Shown piece by piece: positions 39,821 through 50,437 of a stretch of 64,000 nucleotides of DNA; within the stretch, counting starts at the first letter, position 1, and each line of letters begins with the position of its first letter. Made by a program: the position numbers and the translations under genes. The notes beneath the pieces were generated by a model that saw only the letters and a list, made by a program, of their open reading frames with translations, was not told where the DNA came from and ran no database searches. Source of the stretch: Candidatus Poribacteria bacterium. GTDB taxonomy: Bacteria > Poribacteria > WGA-4E > WGA-3G. The DNA lies in NCBI GenBank assembly GCA_963663765.2, contig CAXXUA010000005.1, forward strand, positions 576,001 to 640,000, read 5' to 3'.

Positions 39821-40255
39821 CTAACTGAACCAAATAAACAACCAATCCCAAAAAGTAGGTGCTAAATCAGGTTGTTCCCGTGCTAATTGTCGTCTACGTT
39901 TAGAAAAATAATTTCGTGGTGTGTTCGTCTTCCACCAAGACAACAATTGCTGATTAAACTTAGAAATTTCTTCCTCTGATTTCTTACAGTTATCCAGAAC
40001 CCATGCCCCCAGTCTAACGTCATTTGTAATTCTAACTGCTGCTTCTTGAAAAGCGTCTGCAGAAATTCCCAAGAAAGTCAATATCCGTTTATCCTGCTGT
40101 GAGTCATTGCCGTACTTGTATTCACCAATCTGTCCAGTATACGCGGCGCGTGCTTTGTCCGACATTCTAGCGACACCACAGATTCCAGCAACCTCTTTGC
40201 TAACCAAATTGCGCGGTTGAAATTTATTCTGTTTCATTTCTTCCTCCGTTAGCAT
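39821..40255 (-). CDS. DUF5069-like hypothetical protein
   Basis: PR...VARMSDKARA...GEYKYG...D..ILTFLGI pattern. Confidence 0.65.
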   Translation of the reverse strand: MLTEEEMKQNKFQPRNLVSKEVAGICGVARMSDKARAAYTGQIGEYKYGNDSQQDKRILTFLGISADAFQEAAVRITNDVRLGAWVLDNCKKSEEEISKFNQQLLSWWKTNTPRNYFSKRRRQLAREQPDLAPTFWDWLFIWFS

Positions 40256-40274
40256 TCCTTATAATAGGAAAAAA

Positions 40275-41432
40275 TTAGAATCTTTTGTATATCGGGTTAC
40301 ATTTTTGGTGTTTTCCTAACAGTTCTTTGAAATACATCTCTACTTTAGTCTCCACCACCTTCTCCTCAATCGGATCTATATGAAAGTGATTTTGCAAATA
40401 AGGGTGGTGTCTAATAGTATCACTTACGAAATAGTGTTTATATTGCTTGAACAACTTATCATCTATTGGCACATCACAGTTTCCAAAATAGAAGGGAAGC
40501 CTATATATGTTTCTTTTAAACACATCTACATAAGCGTAATAATCCAGTTTTGTTTTGTCAAGGACAATCGTGTTTGTGCTATATTCTTGGACAAAAGTGC
40601 GATTACGTTTTAATGCGTTAATATCCCGCATTGTCCAGAAAAACAGAGAATCATCAGGGACCGGTAGTTGCTGCTTGCTGGGATATTTGCGAACATAACT
40701 TGTGATATAGTCAAAATCACTCAAACAGAAACGATCCTTGTCCGCTATTTTAAAATGAAATGAACGGATATAATCGTATTCCATTCCATTTACATCTCGT
40801 TGATAAAAAGCAATAATGATTGGAAAATGTGTATGTTTAGCTGATTCTGGGAATTCACCACTACTAATCAATATTCCATCTATCAGTTTATAATTTGCAG
40901 TAAACTCCTTTAAGTGTTTGAAATTTGTTTGCTTTATCAAGTAAGATAATGGATGTAACACACATATATAATCCGCTTTCAGTTTATTATAGGAACGGAG
41001 AAATGAAATTCCTAAGTCCCGACTTACTATATCTTCATCAACGTCAAAGTCGACATTTTTTATCTTGTGTCGTATTTGCGATGTTCTATCATTATAGGGT
41101 GGGTTTCCTACGACAATCAATCTTTCTGTCTGCTGAGGAATCCCAAATTTTTCTCTTGAAACGTTCTGCAAGGAATTCGTCCGCAAGAATTGAACGCTAT
41201 CCGTGTTCTTTTTTGCTCTATCTATCGCATCTTCGTCAATATCACATCCGATTGTGTGTAGTTGTCCATAGTGCTTTAGAAAATCTCCATAACCGCAAGC
41301 AGTGTCAATTATGGTCGTCTGTGTTTCAATGTATTCCTCAATTAATTCCCATGCAAGTTGTACAATTTTAGGTGGTGTATAATAACTTCCTAAGTTGACT
41401 CTGTCTTCATAGACTAAATGTTTTTGGCTCAT
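40275..41432 (-). CDS. Orphan N6-adenine DNA methyltransferase (gamma class)
   Basis: GSYYTP, IDTACGYGDF (motif I), VGNPPY (motif IV). Confidence 0.9.
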   Translation of the reverse strand: MSQKHLVYEDRVNLGSYYTPPKIVQLAWELIEEYIETQTTIIDTACGYGDFLKHYGQLHTIGCDIDEDAIDRAKKNTDSVQFLRTNSLQNVSREKFGIPQQTERLIVVGNPPYNDRTSQIRHKIKNVDFDVDEDIVSRDLGISFLRSYNKLKADYICVLHPLSYLIKQTNFKHLKEFTANYKLIDGILISSGEFPESAKHTHFPIIIAFYQRDVNGMEYDYIRSFHFKIADKDRFCLSDFDYITSYVRKYPSKQQLPVPDDSLFFWTMRDINALKRNRTFVQEYSTNTIVLDKTKLDYYAYVDVFKRNIYRLPFYFGNCDVPIDDKLFKQYKHYFVSDTIRHHPYLQNHFHIDPIEEKVVETKVEMYFKELLGKHQKCNPIYKRF

Positions 41433-41460
41433 TTTTCTGCCATTAAATCTTTACAATCAC

Positions 41461-43416
41461 CTATGCAAAAAACAGGTAATACGCAAGGAACAACACAATG
41501 CCAATGACCATTGACACGATATATGCTTGTACAAGACCTGTTTGTAGACGTCGCAATGTCCCACCTATCACTCTAATAATCACAGCAACAGCATTGACAA
41601 TCCCATCAACAATGAGTGTATCAAACACTTTCCACAAGAGAAAATGAGAGATGTTCTTGATAGGTTGAACAATAAAAGTATTATATACCTCATCAATATA
41701 GAACTTGTTTGCAACAAGCCGTTGTAGTGCGTTTGTTGGTTCTGCAGCAGGTACGCGATCTTTATAACGTGTCCAGGCAAATGCGATTCCAAGCAAACCG
41801 ACAATAGACGAAACAATCATAAACGGTATTGCACTACCCAATTCTTTAACGTGTCCATCTTCTGCATGTCCAGCAGAAAAAACGTTTTCAGTGAAGTGGT
41901 GAAAGACACTATCATGTCCATCCCAACCAATTAACAAACCGATAATTGCCGATGGAACCGCAAGAATTACCAAGGGTAACCACATGACTGCAGGTGATTC
42001 ATGGAGGTGTGAGGCAACTTCAGATTCAACGCGAGATTTGCCGTAAAAAGTTACAAAAATGAGGCGGAACATATAGAATGCTGTCAGGAATGCTGTAATT
42101 AATCCGATGATATAAATTGCTTTTGAACTTCCCCAGGCACTATGCAGTATTTCATCCTTACTCCAGAAACCACTCAGGAATGGTGCACCTGCAATTGCTA
42201 ACGCACCAACCAAAAATGTTGCATGTGTTATGGGAAGTTTGTTCCGTAACCCTCCCATTTTTCGTATATCTAATTCATTTGCCATTGCATGCATCACACT
42301 ACCAGCAGTCAGGAACATCAACCCTTTAAAGAATGCATGTGTGACCAAGTGGAAAATGCCGGAAGCATACGCACCGACACCAACACCAACAAACATGTAA
42401 CCCAATTGGCTTACAGTGGAATATGCGAGAATTCGTTTGATGTCGTTCTGTTTGAGGGCTATTATTGCGGCAAAGAAAGCGGTTAATACCCCAATCCATG
42501 CTACAACAGCACCTGTATGTGCCAGATTATACAGCACTGCGGAACGTGCAATCATATAGACACCCGCGGTAACCATAGTGGCAGCGTGTATCAACGCACT
42601 AACAGGAGTTGGACCTTCCATTGCGTCCGGAAGCCAGACATACAAGGGGATTTGTGCAGATTTTCCAATTGCACCGACGAATAGTAACATTGTTGCAATT
42701 ACAAGAGTACTGGCTCCGAAAATTTGCTTGAAATTGTCTGTTTCAACAAAACCCACCCCATCTGCTGCTGGTTGTAATTCCTTAGCAGTTTCAAAGATGC
42801 TACCAAAATCAAGACTACCAAAGGCTGCGAATAGCGTAAACATACCTAACAGGAAACCGAAATCACCGATTCTGTTGACAATAAACGCCTTTTTACCTGC
42901 ATCTGTAGCAGACTGCTTCTCATACCAGAATCCAATTAGCAGATAGGAACACAATCCAACACCTTCCCAACCCACAAACATCATCAGATAGTTGTTTCCG
43001 AGTACGAGGATAAGCATAGCAAAGACAAACAGATTTAAGTATGCAAAATAACGCGTGTATCCTTCATCACCGTGCATGTAGCCTATAGAATATACGTGTA
43101 TAAGAAATCCGACACCTGTGATAACTAACAACATCACGGTCGTCAGTGCGTCAACATGGAAACCGATGTTGAAACTGAACGGTCCTGCTGAAATCCATTC
43201 ATAAATTATGCCATCTTCTTCGGGGTTAGGAAGTACGTTTCCACCACTTACCTTTATAAAGGCGATGATTGAACAGATTAGAGAGATGAAAACTGTTAGT
43301 GAACCGATCGTCCCGCTCAGTTTTTCCTGACCCTTTAACCATTTGCCAAACAATCCGTTAATCAAGAACCCAACAAGTGGGGAAATCAATAAGATAACAA
43401 TTAACTCTTTTGACAT
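41461..43416 (-). CDS. nuoL: NADH-quinone oxidoreductase subunit L
   Basis: GWEGVGLCSY, NRIGD, GKSAQIPLYVWLPDAMEGPTPVSALIHAATMV motifs. Confidence 0.96.
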   Translation of the reverse strand: MSKELIVILLISPLVGFLINGLFGKWLKGQEKLSGTIGSLTVFISLICSIIAFIKVSGGNVLPNPEEDGIIYEWISAGPFSFNIGFHVDALTTVMLLVITGVGFLIHVYSIGYMHGDEGYTRYFAYLNLFVFAMLILVLGNNYLMMFVGWEGVGLCSYLLIGFWYEKQSATDAGKKAFIVNRIGDFGFLLGMFTLFAAFGSLDFGSIFETAKELQPAADGVGFVETDNFKQIFGASTLVIATMLLFVGAIGKSAQIPLYVWLPDAMEGPTPVSALIHAATMVTAGVYMIARSAVLYNLAHTGAVVAWIGVLTAFFAAIIALKQNDIKRILAYSTVSQLGYMFVGVGVGAYASGIFHLVTHAFFKGLMFLTAGSVMHAMANELDIRKMGGLRNKLPITHATFLVGALAIAGAPFLSGFWSKDEILHSAWGSSKAIYIIGLITAFLTAFYMFRLIFVTFYGKSRVESEVASHLHESPAVMWLPLVILAVPSAIIGLLIGWDGHDSVFHHFTENVFSAGHAEDGHVKELGSAIPFMIVSSIVGLLGIAFAWTRYKDRVPAAEPTNALQRLVANKFYIDEVYNTFIVQPIKNISHFLLWKVFDTLIVDGIVNAVAVIIRVIGGTLRRLQTGLVQAYIVSMVIGIVLFLAYYLFFA

Positions 43417-43418
43417 TT

Positions 43419-43724
43419 TTATCCTTTCAGCGAATTAACTTCATCTACATTAATTGTTTCTTTATGCTTGAATACACTCACGATAATAGCTAATCCGATA
43501 GCGACTTCAGCAGCAGCAACTGCCATTACGAAAAAGACAAACAATTGTCCCTCTGCTTGTCCCAAACTACGACTGATTGCAACAAAGGCAAGATTCGCTG
43601 CATTTAGCATCAGTTCAATACACATAAACATGATAATTGCGTTTCTACGGATGAGGACACCGAGGACACCTATTGTAAACAGAAGCGCACTTAATACGAG
43701 ATAATATTCTAAACCTAATGCCAT
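43419..43724 (-). CDS. nuoK: NADH-quinone oxidoreductase subunit K
   Basis: RRN...[18 protein letters not shown] motifs. Confidence 0.95.
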   Translation of the reverse strand: MALGLEYYLVLSALLFTIGVLGVLIRRNAIIMFMCIELMLNAANLAFVAISRSLGQAEGQLFVFFVMAVAAAEVAIGLAIIVSVFKHKETINVDEVNSLKG

Positions 43725-43765
43725 ATATTAATCCTTTTCTACAAAATATATTATTGGTTTTTTCA

Positions 43766-44308
43766 TTAGTTATGAGTTTGGTTTTCACGTTTTACCAAGA
43801 CAATTACACCAATCAATGCTGCCAATAAAATGAGCGATGTTACCTCAAATGGTAGAAGATACTTACTAAATAACAATTCACCAATATTGTAGGTTGTTAC
43901 GGATTTTTCAGCAAATGCTGCTGCAGCTTCTCTTGTAGTTTCAGATCCTACCTCAGTATCATTCATCGCACTGATAGCGATAAAGATTACTTCCGCTGCC
44001 AATAAGACACCGAAAACGACAGCAATGCTTTTCATTTTCCCAGTAAGAGCACTCTTTGCAGGTAATGTGCCAAGGTTTAGCAACATAATTACAAAAAGGA
44101 AGAGCACCATAATTGCCCCAGCATATACAATCACTTGTACAGCAGCGACGAAGTGTGCCCCTAACAACACAAACAATCCGGCTTGTGCAAAAAATGTCAC
44201 AATAAGTGATAGAGCACTATAGATTGGATGCTTAAATGAGATAACAGAGATAGCACCTATCAGCGAAACTGCACCAAAGATAAAAAAGAGAACGTGTTCT
44301 GCAGTCAT
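43766..44308 (-). CDS. nuoJ: NADH-quinone oxidoreductase subunit J
   Basis: QVIVYAGAIMVLFLFVIMLL, YLLPFE motifs. Confidence 0.95.
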   Translation of the reverse strand: MTAEHVLFFIFGAVSLIGAISVISFKHPIYSALSLIVTFFAQAGLFVLLGAHFVAAVQVIVYAGAIMVLFLFVIMLLNLGTLPAKSALTGKMKSIAVVFGVLLAAEVIFIAISAMNDTEVGSETTREAAAAFAEKSVTTYNIGELLFSKYLLPFEVTSLILLAALIGVIVLVKRENQTHN

Positions 44309-44318
44309 ATTGTAACTC

Positions 44319-45509
44319 CTATTCTATAGCTTCCAAGCCGCGTAGTGGTGGTGCAGCAAGTGTATCCTGTCCCACTGATTTGCTGTTAGTGTCTAATGCT
44401 AAAATCCCCGCTACAATTGCAACAACGATGAATGCAGCAACCAAATTACCAATACCAATCCAAAGTCGGCTACCATTCGTTACTATCCAGAGTGTTCCAG
44501 TAACAACGATTGATGTCAATGTAACCGGTAACAGGAATTTCCAACCGAAATTCATGAGTTGATCGTAGCGGAAACGTGGAAGTGTCCACCGAACCCAGAT
44601 AAACACAAACAGGAAGATACCAGTTTTTATAAAGAAGATTGCAAACGAGATAATTCCACTCCAGATTGGTCCTCCCATTGTTTCCAAACCGAAGAAGTGC
44701 CACCCTCCTAAGAACAATGTTACAACGACCCCTGAACCGACAATCATGTTCATATATTCTGCCATGAAGAAAATAGCGAATTTCATACTGCTGTATTCAG
44801 TGTGGTAACCTGCGACAAGTTCCTGTTCTGCTTCGGCAAGGTCAAAAGGCAATCGGTTTGTTTCTGCGAACATTGCAGTGGTAAATGCAAGGAACGCTGG
44901 GAAGTGTATGAAAAAATTCCATTGCCAGGGATTTGCCCCTTGTTCTATTGCAATTGTACGAAGACTGAGCGAACCAGATAACATGAGCACGCCAATAATT
45001 GCTAAACCCAAAGTCAATTCGTAACTTATCATTTGTGCAGATGAACGTAAACCCCCCAGAAGTGAGTACTTGTTATTTGATGCCCAAGCACCTATAACAA
45101 CACCATATACACCGAGAGAGGTAATCGCTAAGATATACAATATACCAATGTTTATGTCTGCGATCTGGAGAGGAATTTCAATATCAGCAATCGTGATAGT
45201 GCCTCCAAATGGAACGACTGCGACGGCAATCATCGCAGGTATTAAAAGCATGGCTGGAGCAAGCACATATAACGGTTTATCAACATGATTGGGGATAAGG
45301 TCTTCTTTAAAAAGGAACTTGATTCCATCTGCTATCGGTTGCAAGAGTCCTTGCGGTCCCACGCGATTCGGTCCTAAACGATCCTGCATCCATCCACTTA
45401 CACGTCGTTCAGACCAGATCATCGCCATCACTCCGATAATCAACAAATGGGCAATGAAGAGTATTTTTATAATTGGAATAATTAACTGTTGTAATATATC
45501 TATTTCCAT
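44319..45509 (-). CDS. nuoH: NADH-quinone oxidoreductase subunit H
   Basis: QDRLGPNRVGP, AETNRLPFDL, PRFRYDQL motifs. Confidence 0.96.
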   Translation of the reverse strand: MEIDILQQLIIPIIKILFIAHLLIIGVMAMIWSERRVSGWMQDRLGPNRVGPQGLLQPIADGIKFLFKEDLIPNHVDKPLYVLAPAMLLIPAMIAVAVVPFGGTITIADIEIPLQIADINIGILYILAITSLGVYGVVIGAWASNNKYSLLGGLRSSAQMISYELTLGLAIIGVLMLSGSLSLRTIAIEQGANPWQWNFFIHFPAFLAFTTAMFAETNRLPFDLAEAEQELVAGYHTEYSSMKFAIFFMAEYMNMIVGSGVVVTLFLGGWHFFGLETMGGPIWSGIISFAIFFIKTGIFLFVFIWVRWTLPRFRYDQLMNFGWKFLLPVTLTSIVVTGTLWIVTNGSRLWIGIGNLVAAFIVVAIVAGILALDTNSKSVGQDTLAAPPLRGLEAIE

Positions 45510-45551
45510 GTATTCTCCTTCTTGATGACGCTGCTTAATTAAGATATGCGG

Positions 45552-47192
45552 TTAGTCCAACTTAACTCCCGAATCTCCAATATTTTGATGTGTTGCGTCA
45601 CCGTAACCTTGAACATTATCTGAAATCGCAATTGCAATTTCACCTGCAAAGTGATAATCAATTTCACCACCGAGTTGCTTTGCAAGTTGCTGTGTAATTT
45701 CCCAATCTGGTTGTGCTTCACCGGGTGGGTTGATCGTTTTCCGAATACGTTGAACCCATCCAGTTGAGTTGGTGAAAGTGCCATCTTTCTCAGCGAAGGT
45801 TGTTCCCGGCAGTACAACATCTGCTAATTCTGCTACCTCTGAATGCAAAATGTCCTGTACTATGAGAAAATCAACATTTTCTAATGCATCTTTTTCCGCA
45901 TCTGTAAGAGACCGTTCCGGCACACCGCTAACGAGATAAACAACTTTTGAACCAGAGACCATATCCCAAAGTGCATCGCCTTCTAAAACAACGTTTCCAT
46001 TAGCAGAACCGAGTATTGTTCGTGCACCTGTCGTATTTGGATTCTTGTCTGCTTCAATCGTGAATTGTGGGAACTTATGTTCTTCACCCGGTTGTTGACC
46101 AAAGAGTCCAAGTTGTGTTGTTTTCAGGACATCGTGTGCAAACTGCTGTAAAACGTAGTTGTCTTCATTTGTGCCTTGAGCAGAACCGATTACAACAATA
46201 TCTTCTTCTGTCTCAACTTCCGAGATCTTTTCAGTTATCAATGACAACACATCTGACCACTGCGTTGTAGAGAGTTCACCATCAACCCGTTTCAGTGGAA
46301 GTTGTAACCGATCATCACTGTTAACAAAGTGATATCCAAGCCTACCATCATCACACATCCAATGCTGGTTTATATCTTCATGAAAACGCGGTTTGATTCG
46401 ATACAATCCATCTTCCTTAAACTCAACAGTAATATTACAACCGACACTACAACCCGAACAGATGCTATTTTGCTTTTTCATGAACCAGGGACGTGATTTG
46501 AACAGGAAATCTTTACTAACCAACGCACCGACGGGACATATATCAACGACATTCCCAGCAAGTTTGTTATCAAGGAGTTGTATAGGCGTTCCCTCGTGAC
46601 TTCTCGGTATATCAATCTCATCGTGTGAACCACGATTGATGAGGCCAAGCTCACCACTACCTGATACTTCTTCACAGAAACGAATACACCGCGTGCAGAC
46701 TATACACCGCGTAGAATAAAGAAGTACATCCGGTCCTAAGTCCTTCTTCGGCGGCACGTTTTTTACTTCAACATAGCGACTCTTATCGTGTCCATGCCGA
46801 TAACTAAAGTCTTGCAAATCGCATTCACCTGCTTGGTCACAGACAGGACAATCAAGTGGGTGATGCACCAAAAGAAATTCAAGTATATCCTCACGTGCTT
46901 TTATGACACGGGGACTATCTGTGCGGACGATTACGTCATACTTTCCATCCAGTTTTCTTTCTGGTGGCGCGGATCGGACAGTCGTTGTGCAGCCCGTCGC
47001 TAATTGCTGTTCAGGCATCTCTGAACTTCTAAGGTAAAGGTCAATGAGACACATCCTACAGTTTGCAGGACGACTCAAACCCGGGTGGTAGCAGTAGTGA
47101 GGCACTTCAATACCGTGTTGCCGTGCTGCCTCTACTACATTCGTTCCATCTTCAACCTCAATTTCAAGGTCATTTAGTTTAATGAATGCCAT
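45552..47192 (-). CDS. nuoG: NADH-quinone oxidoreductase subunit G (short form)
   Basis: CYHPGL..NCRMC, HPLDCPVCDQAGEC, CIVCTRC, CSGCSVGC motifs. Confidence 0.92.
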   Translation of the reverse strand: MAFIKLNDLEIEVEDGTNVVEAARQHGIEVPHYCYHPGLSRPANCRMCLIDLYLRSSEMPEQQLATGCTTTVRSAPPERKLDGKYDVIVRTDSPRVIKAREDILEFLLVHHPLDCPVCDQAGECDLQDFSYRHGHDKSRYVEVKNVPPKKDLGPDVLLYSTRCIVCTRCIRFCEEVSGSGELGLINRGSHDEIDIPRSHEGTPIQLLDNKLAGNVVDICPVGALVSKDFLFKSRPWFMKKQNSICSGCSVGCNITVEFKEDGLYRIKPRFHEDINQHWMCDDGRLGYHFVNSDDRLQLPLKRVDGELSTTQWSDVLSLITEKISEVETEEDIVVIGSAQGTNEDNYVLQQFAHDVLKTTQLGLFGQQPGEEHKFPQFTIEADKNPNTTGARTILGSANGNVVLEGDALWDMVSGSKVVYLVSGVPERSLTDAEKDALENVDFLIVQDILHSEVAELADVVLPGTTFAEKDGTFTNSTGWVQRIRKTINPPGEAQPDWEITQQLAKQLGGEIDYHFAGEIAIAISDNVQGYGDATHQNIGDSGVKLD

Positions 47193-47225
47193 AAATATAA
47201 CTCCAAATAGCTTCAGTATTCCATT

Positions 47226-48701
47226 CTACAAGTCAGACATCTCTTTCGGAATAATCCGCTGTTGAAATGCGTAGTTTTCCTCAGGTGGTACTGTTGCTTC
47301 AGCAACAGGCAATGTCACAAGTTTACCTTCTCGGATAGCAGCTTCAAATTCAGGCATGAACTTTCGCAAATAACTGACTGCGGGCCACGAAACAGCAATA
47401 CCGAATACACAGATAGTGTTCCATGTCATTGTATCCACATTCGCAATGTTGTTAGCAACGTTTTCTAACAGTTCAAGATCTTCGTAGACTTCCTCTGTTT
47501 CACCAGTATCACCCCATCTACCACTTTCAGTAACACCAAACTTTGGTCGTGTGATAATGGTCTGTCTGCCATTGCCATCAGCAATACGTTGAACAATATC
47601 ACGTACCCACGGTGTTCCCCATCTGCACGGAGTGCACTGTCCACAAGATTCATGTGCATAGAACTTCATGATATTAAGCAAGCAATCCACGATATTTCGA
47701 GTCTCATTCATCACAATGATACCGCCAGAACCTAACATGGATTTGGCAAGCCTAAGTGACGTAAAATCGAGTCGTGTATCTAATTCGTAATGTGTCAAGA
47801 TCGGTGCGGAACTACCACCGGGGATAACTGCTTTAACCTCTTCACCCCGCAAACCGCCTGCAACTTCTATGAGTTCAGTACATGTCAAACCGAGATCCAA
47901 CTCGTACACACCCGGTTCGTTGACATCCCCACTGATACAGTAAAGTTTTGTACCGGTGTTGGGATCGGGTGTTGGTGGGTCGTTTCGCATATCTGCATAG
48001 ATTGGTCCCATCTTGGTATACCATTCAACACCATTACCGATAATAAATGGTAAATTACATAAGGTTTCCACATTCTGTACAACAGTGGGTTTCATGAACA
48101 CACCTTCAACCGCAGGAAATGGTGGTTTGTTGCGAGGTTGTCCACGTTTTCCTTCAAGCGATTCAATCAATCCTGTCTCTTCACCACAGATATAAGCACC
48201 AGCACCAGGATGTGTATAGATGTTTATGTTTAATCCCGTGTCACGAACATTTTCTCCAAGGTATCCTTGTTCGTAAGCCTCTTTGATGGCTGCATCTAAC
48301 ATTTTCTTACCCAGAGTGAACTCACCACGAATGTATACATACGTGGTCTCAATTCCCATCGCATAACAACAGATGAGGATACCTTCAATCAGCAGATGCG
48401 GATTTTTCTCTAAGACGTAGCGATTACTGAACGTCCCAGGTTCGCTCTCATCAGCGTTGCAACATAGGTAACGCGGCTCAATATCCCTTGGGACATAACT
48501 CCATTTTAACCCAGTAGAAAAACCAGCACCACCTCTGCCTTTCAGTCCAGAATCCTTCACCATTTTGGCGATGTCGTCCGGTTCATAATCAGCAACAGCC
48601 TTTTCAAAACCGGTGTAACCGTCATGTTGTCGATAAACATCAAAGGTGTTTATTTCGGGAACATCCAGATGTTCGTAGAGTATCCGTCTTTCTTGAACCA
48701 T
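47226..48701 (-). CDS. nuoF: NADH-quinone oxidoreductase subunit F
   Basis: GRGGAGF, NADESEPG, GAGAYICGEETGL, ESCGQCTPCR motifs. Confidence 0.96.
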   Translation of the reverse strand: MVQERRILYEHLDVPEINTFDVYRQHDGYTGFEKAVADYEPDDIAKMVKDSGLKGRGGAGFSTGLKWSYVPRDIEPRYLCCNADESEPGTFSNRYVLEKNPHLLIEGILICCYAMGIETTYVYIRGEFTLGKKMLDAAIKEAYEQGYLGENVRDTGLNINIYTHPGAGAYICGEETGLIESLEGKRGQPRNKPPFPAVEGVFMKPTVVQNVETLCNLPFIIGNGVEWYTKMGPIYADMRNDPPTPDPNTGTKLYCISGDVNEPGVYELDLGLTCTELIEVAGGLRGEEVKAVIPGGSSAPILTHYELDTRLDFTSLRLAKSMLGSGGIIVMNETRNIVDCLLNIMKFYAHESCGQCTPCRWGTPWVRDIVQRIADGNGRQTIITRPKFGVTESGRWGDTGETEEVYEDLELLENVANNIANVDTMTWNTICVFGIAVSWPAVSYLRKFMPEFEAAIREGKLVTLPVAEATVPPEENYAFQQRIIPKEMSDL

Positions 48702-48711
48702 ATATTATCCT

Positions 48712-49230
48712 TTACAAATTTGCCAAAATCTCATCTAACTTTTCTGGTGTCAAATTCTTATGTAAATCGTCATTTACCATAATTACAGGGGCAACATCAC
48801 ACGATGCCAAACATTCAACTTTCATCAATGTGAACTTACCATCATCAGTTGTTCCTTTTGCAAGATTCGTTTCAGAAGCAATGTCTGTACCGAGTTTCGC
48901 TTTGAGATGCTCCAAAACCACTTTACAGTCTCGCAATGCACAAGGCAATGTATGACAAACGCGGATAACATATTTACCCACCGGTTCCTCAAAGAACATC
49001 GGATAGAAGGTCACCACGTCTTTTACCTTCATCACGGAAAGCTCCAACAGTTCTGCGACATACTTCATCACTGCAGGACTAATGTAACCCGCCTGCTTTT
49101 GTGCAAGGTGTAGTGTGGGCAGCATCGCTGCCTCTTTAATAGGATACCGACCAATCAGTTCGTCAAATTCTTGTTTGTTTTCTTCGTTAAACTGAAATGG
49201 TGTTTCTATTTGGACAATTTCATCTGACAT
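48712..49230 (-). CDS. nuoE: NADH-quinone oxidoreductase subunit E
   Basis: VCHTLPC...ECLASC [2Fe-2S] motif. Confidence 0.94.
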   Translation of the reverse strand: MSDEIVQIETPFQFNEENKQEFDELIGRYPIKEAAMLPTLHLAQKQAGYISPAVMKYVAELLELSVMKVKDVVTFYPMFFEEPVGKYVIRVCHTLPCALRDCKVVLEHLKAKLGTDIASETNLAKGTTDDGKFTLMKVECLASCDVAPVIMVNDDLHKNLTPEKLDEILANL

Positions 49231-49305
49231 CTATGTTTTCCTTTTCTTCGCTATCGGCAGTCAGTAATTAGCAGTCTATATGAGATTTGGAACTAATGTT
49301 AAGTC

Positions 49306-49500
49306 CTATTTTTTAAATCCAAATCGCCAGATTAAATAGGCAATAACGGCTATCAGAAGTATAGTGTTTAGGACCAGAAATTGTAAAATAATGGAGAACA
49401 GTAACGTGTCAGTTCCAAGACATCCACTAAAAGTTAAACATATACAAACTATACCCAATAAATTCAGTGCTATCTTGCCTAAATGTCTTATATTTTTCAT
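49306..49500 (-). CDS. Small hypothetical membrane protein or lipoprotein
   Basis: MKNIRH..., lipobox FSGC, C-terminal TM helix. Confidence 0.5.
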   Translation of the reverse strand: MKNIRHLGKIALNLLGIVCICLTFSGCLGTDTLLFSIILQFLVLNTILLIAVIAYLIWRFGFKK

Positions 49501-49554
49501 GTGAAACAACTTATAGTAAATTTGCAAATTGTTTGAAGACTTAAACTAAACTCT

Positions 49555-49783
49555 TATCTTTCTGCTATGAATGCCTCCTGAACTTTGTGTGGCAGTTCAA
49601 CAAATATGAAATAAGATTCGGGATACAAATAATCTTCCTGAGATTCATCAACGACACGCAGATATCCTTCACAGACTGCATCTTCGTCATGCAGAATTTG
49701 ATAGAATTTTCGTTTCTCTTATGTCTTCACAACCGTTGTTTTGAATGCAAAGCGCAAATCGGGTTATTATAAAGCTTACTCCA
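49555..49783 (-). pseudogene. Frameshifted remnant of a small conserved hypothetical protein
   Basis: Manual translation across frames: RFALCIQNNGCED / RKFYQIL...GYLRVVDESQEDYLYPESYF. Confidence 0.5.
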
Positions 49784-49827
49784 TTATTATAAATCCTTCT
49801 CACAAATTATACTTTTCCAAGTGTAAT

Positions 49828-50130
49828 TCAATTTAGAATGTTAAGCAAGATTCCAAAGATGACAACTCCAGTTACAGCAAAAAGTGCAATCACCATTCCA
49901 GTTGAAGATTCTTGATTATTTTCTCCAACAACTTCAGAGTGTATTAGTGGTGAAGCAAAAGTGAGTCCATCACTAACATTTTGTCCTTGCAATATCATGT
50001 GAACAGGCACGGAGATTCGTCCCGGGATACCGTTTTTGGCATAAATGTAGTGGCTGCCTTTAATTCGCTTTAACTGCCAATTGTGCTTTTCTAATAAACG
50101 ACAAAACGCTTTACCGGTTAACACTTTCAA
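49828..50130 (-). pseudogene. hicA: HicA toxin, C-terminally truncated and fused to unrelated sequence
   Basis: RIKGSHYIY...ISVPVH, then a non-HicA hydrophobic tail. Confidence 0.7.
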
Positions 50131-50330
50131 ACAGCTATCTCCATCACTCTGTCATTTTCTGTAATATCCAGTGTGTCAACATCCACAGACAAACACCCTT
50201 CAATTGCTTCATAGATGTTTTCAAGCAATTCTTCAAAAGTGTCACCTTGTGTAGCACAACCGACGATTGATGGCACTCCCGCCCAATATCCACCTTCTTC
50301 AGCTTCATGAATAACAACTTTTAGTTTCAT
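50127..50330 (-). CDS. hicB: HicB family antitoxin
   Basis: [33 protein letters not shown]. Confidence 0.88.
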   Translation of the reverse strand: MKLKVVIHEAEEGGYWAGVPSIVGCATQGDTFEELLENIYEAIEGCLSVDVDTLDITENDRVMEIAV

Positions 50331-50437
50331 AAATTGAAATCCATTTCTTCAAAGTTAATTTATCCTATTATGTTGAAAAACGCACCCTCTCTAAACTTCA
50401 ATTGTACCCGTACTAATGCAGAAACAGGATAATTTTC

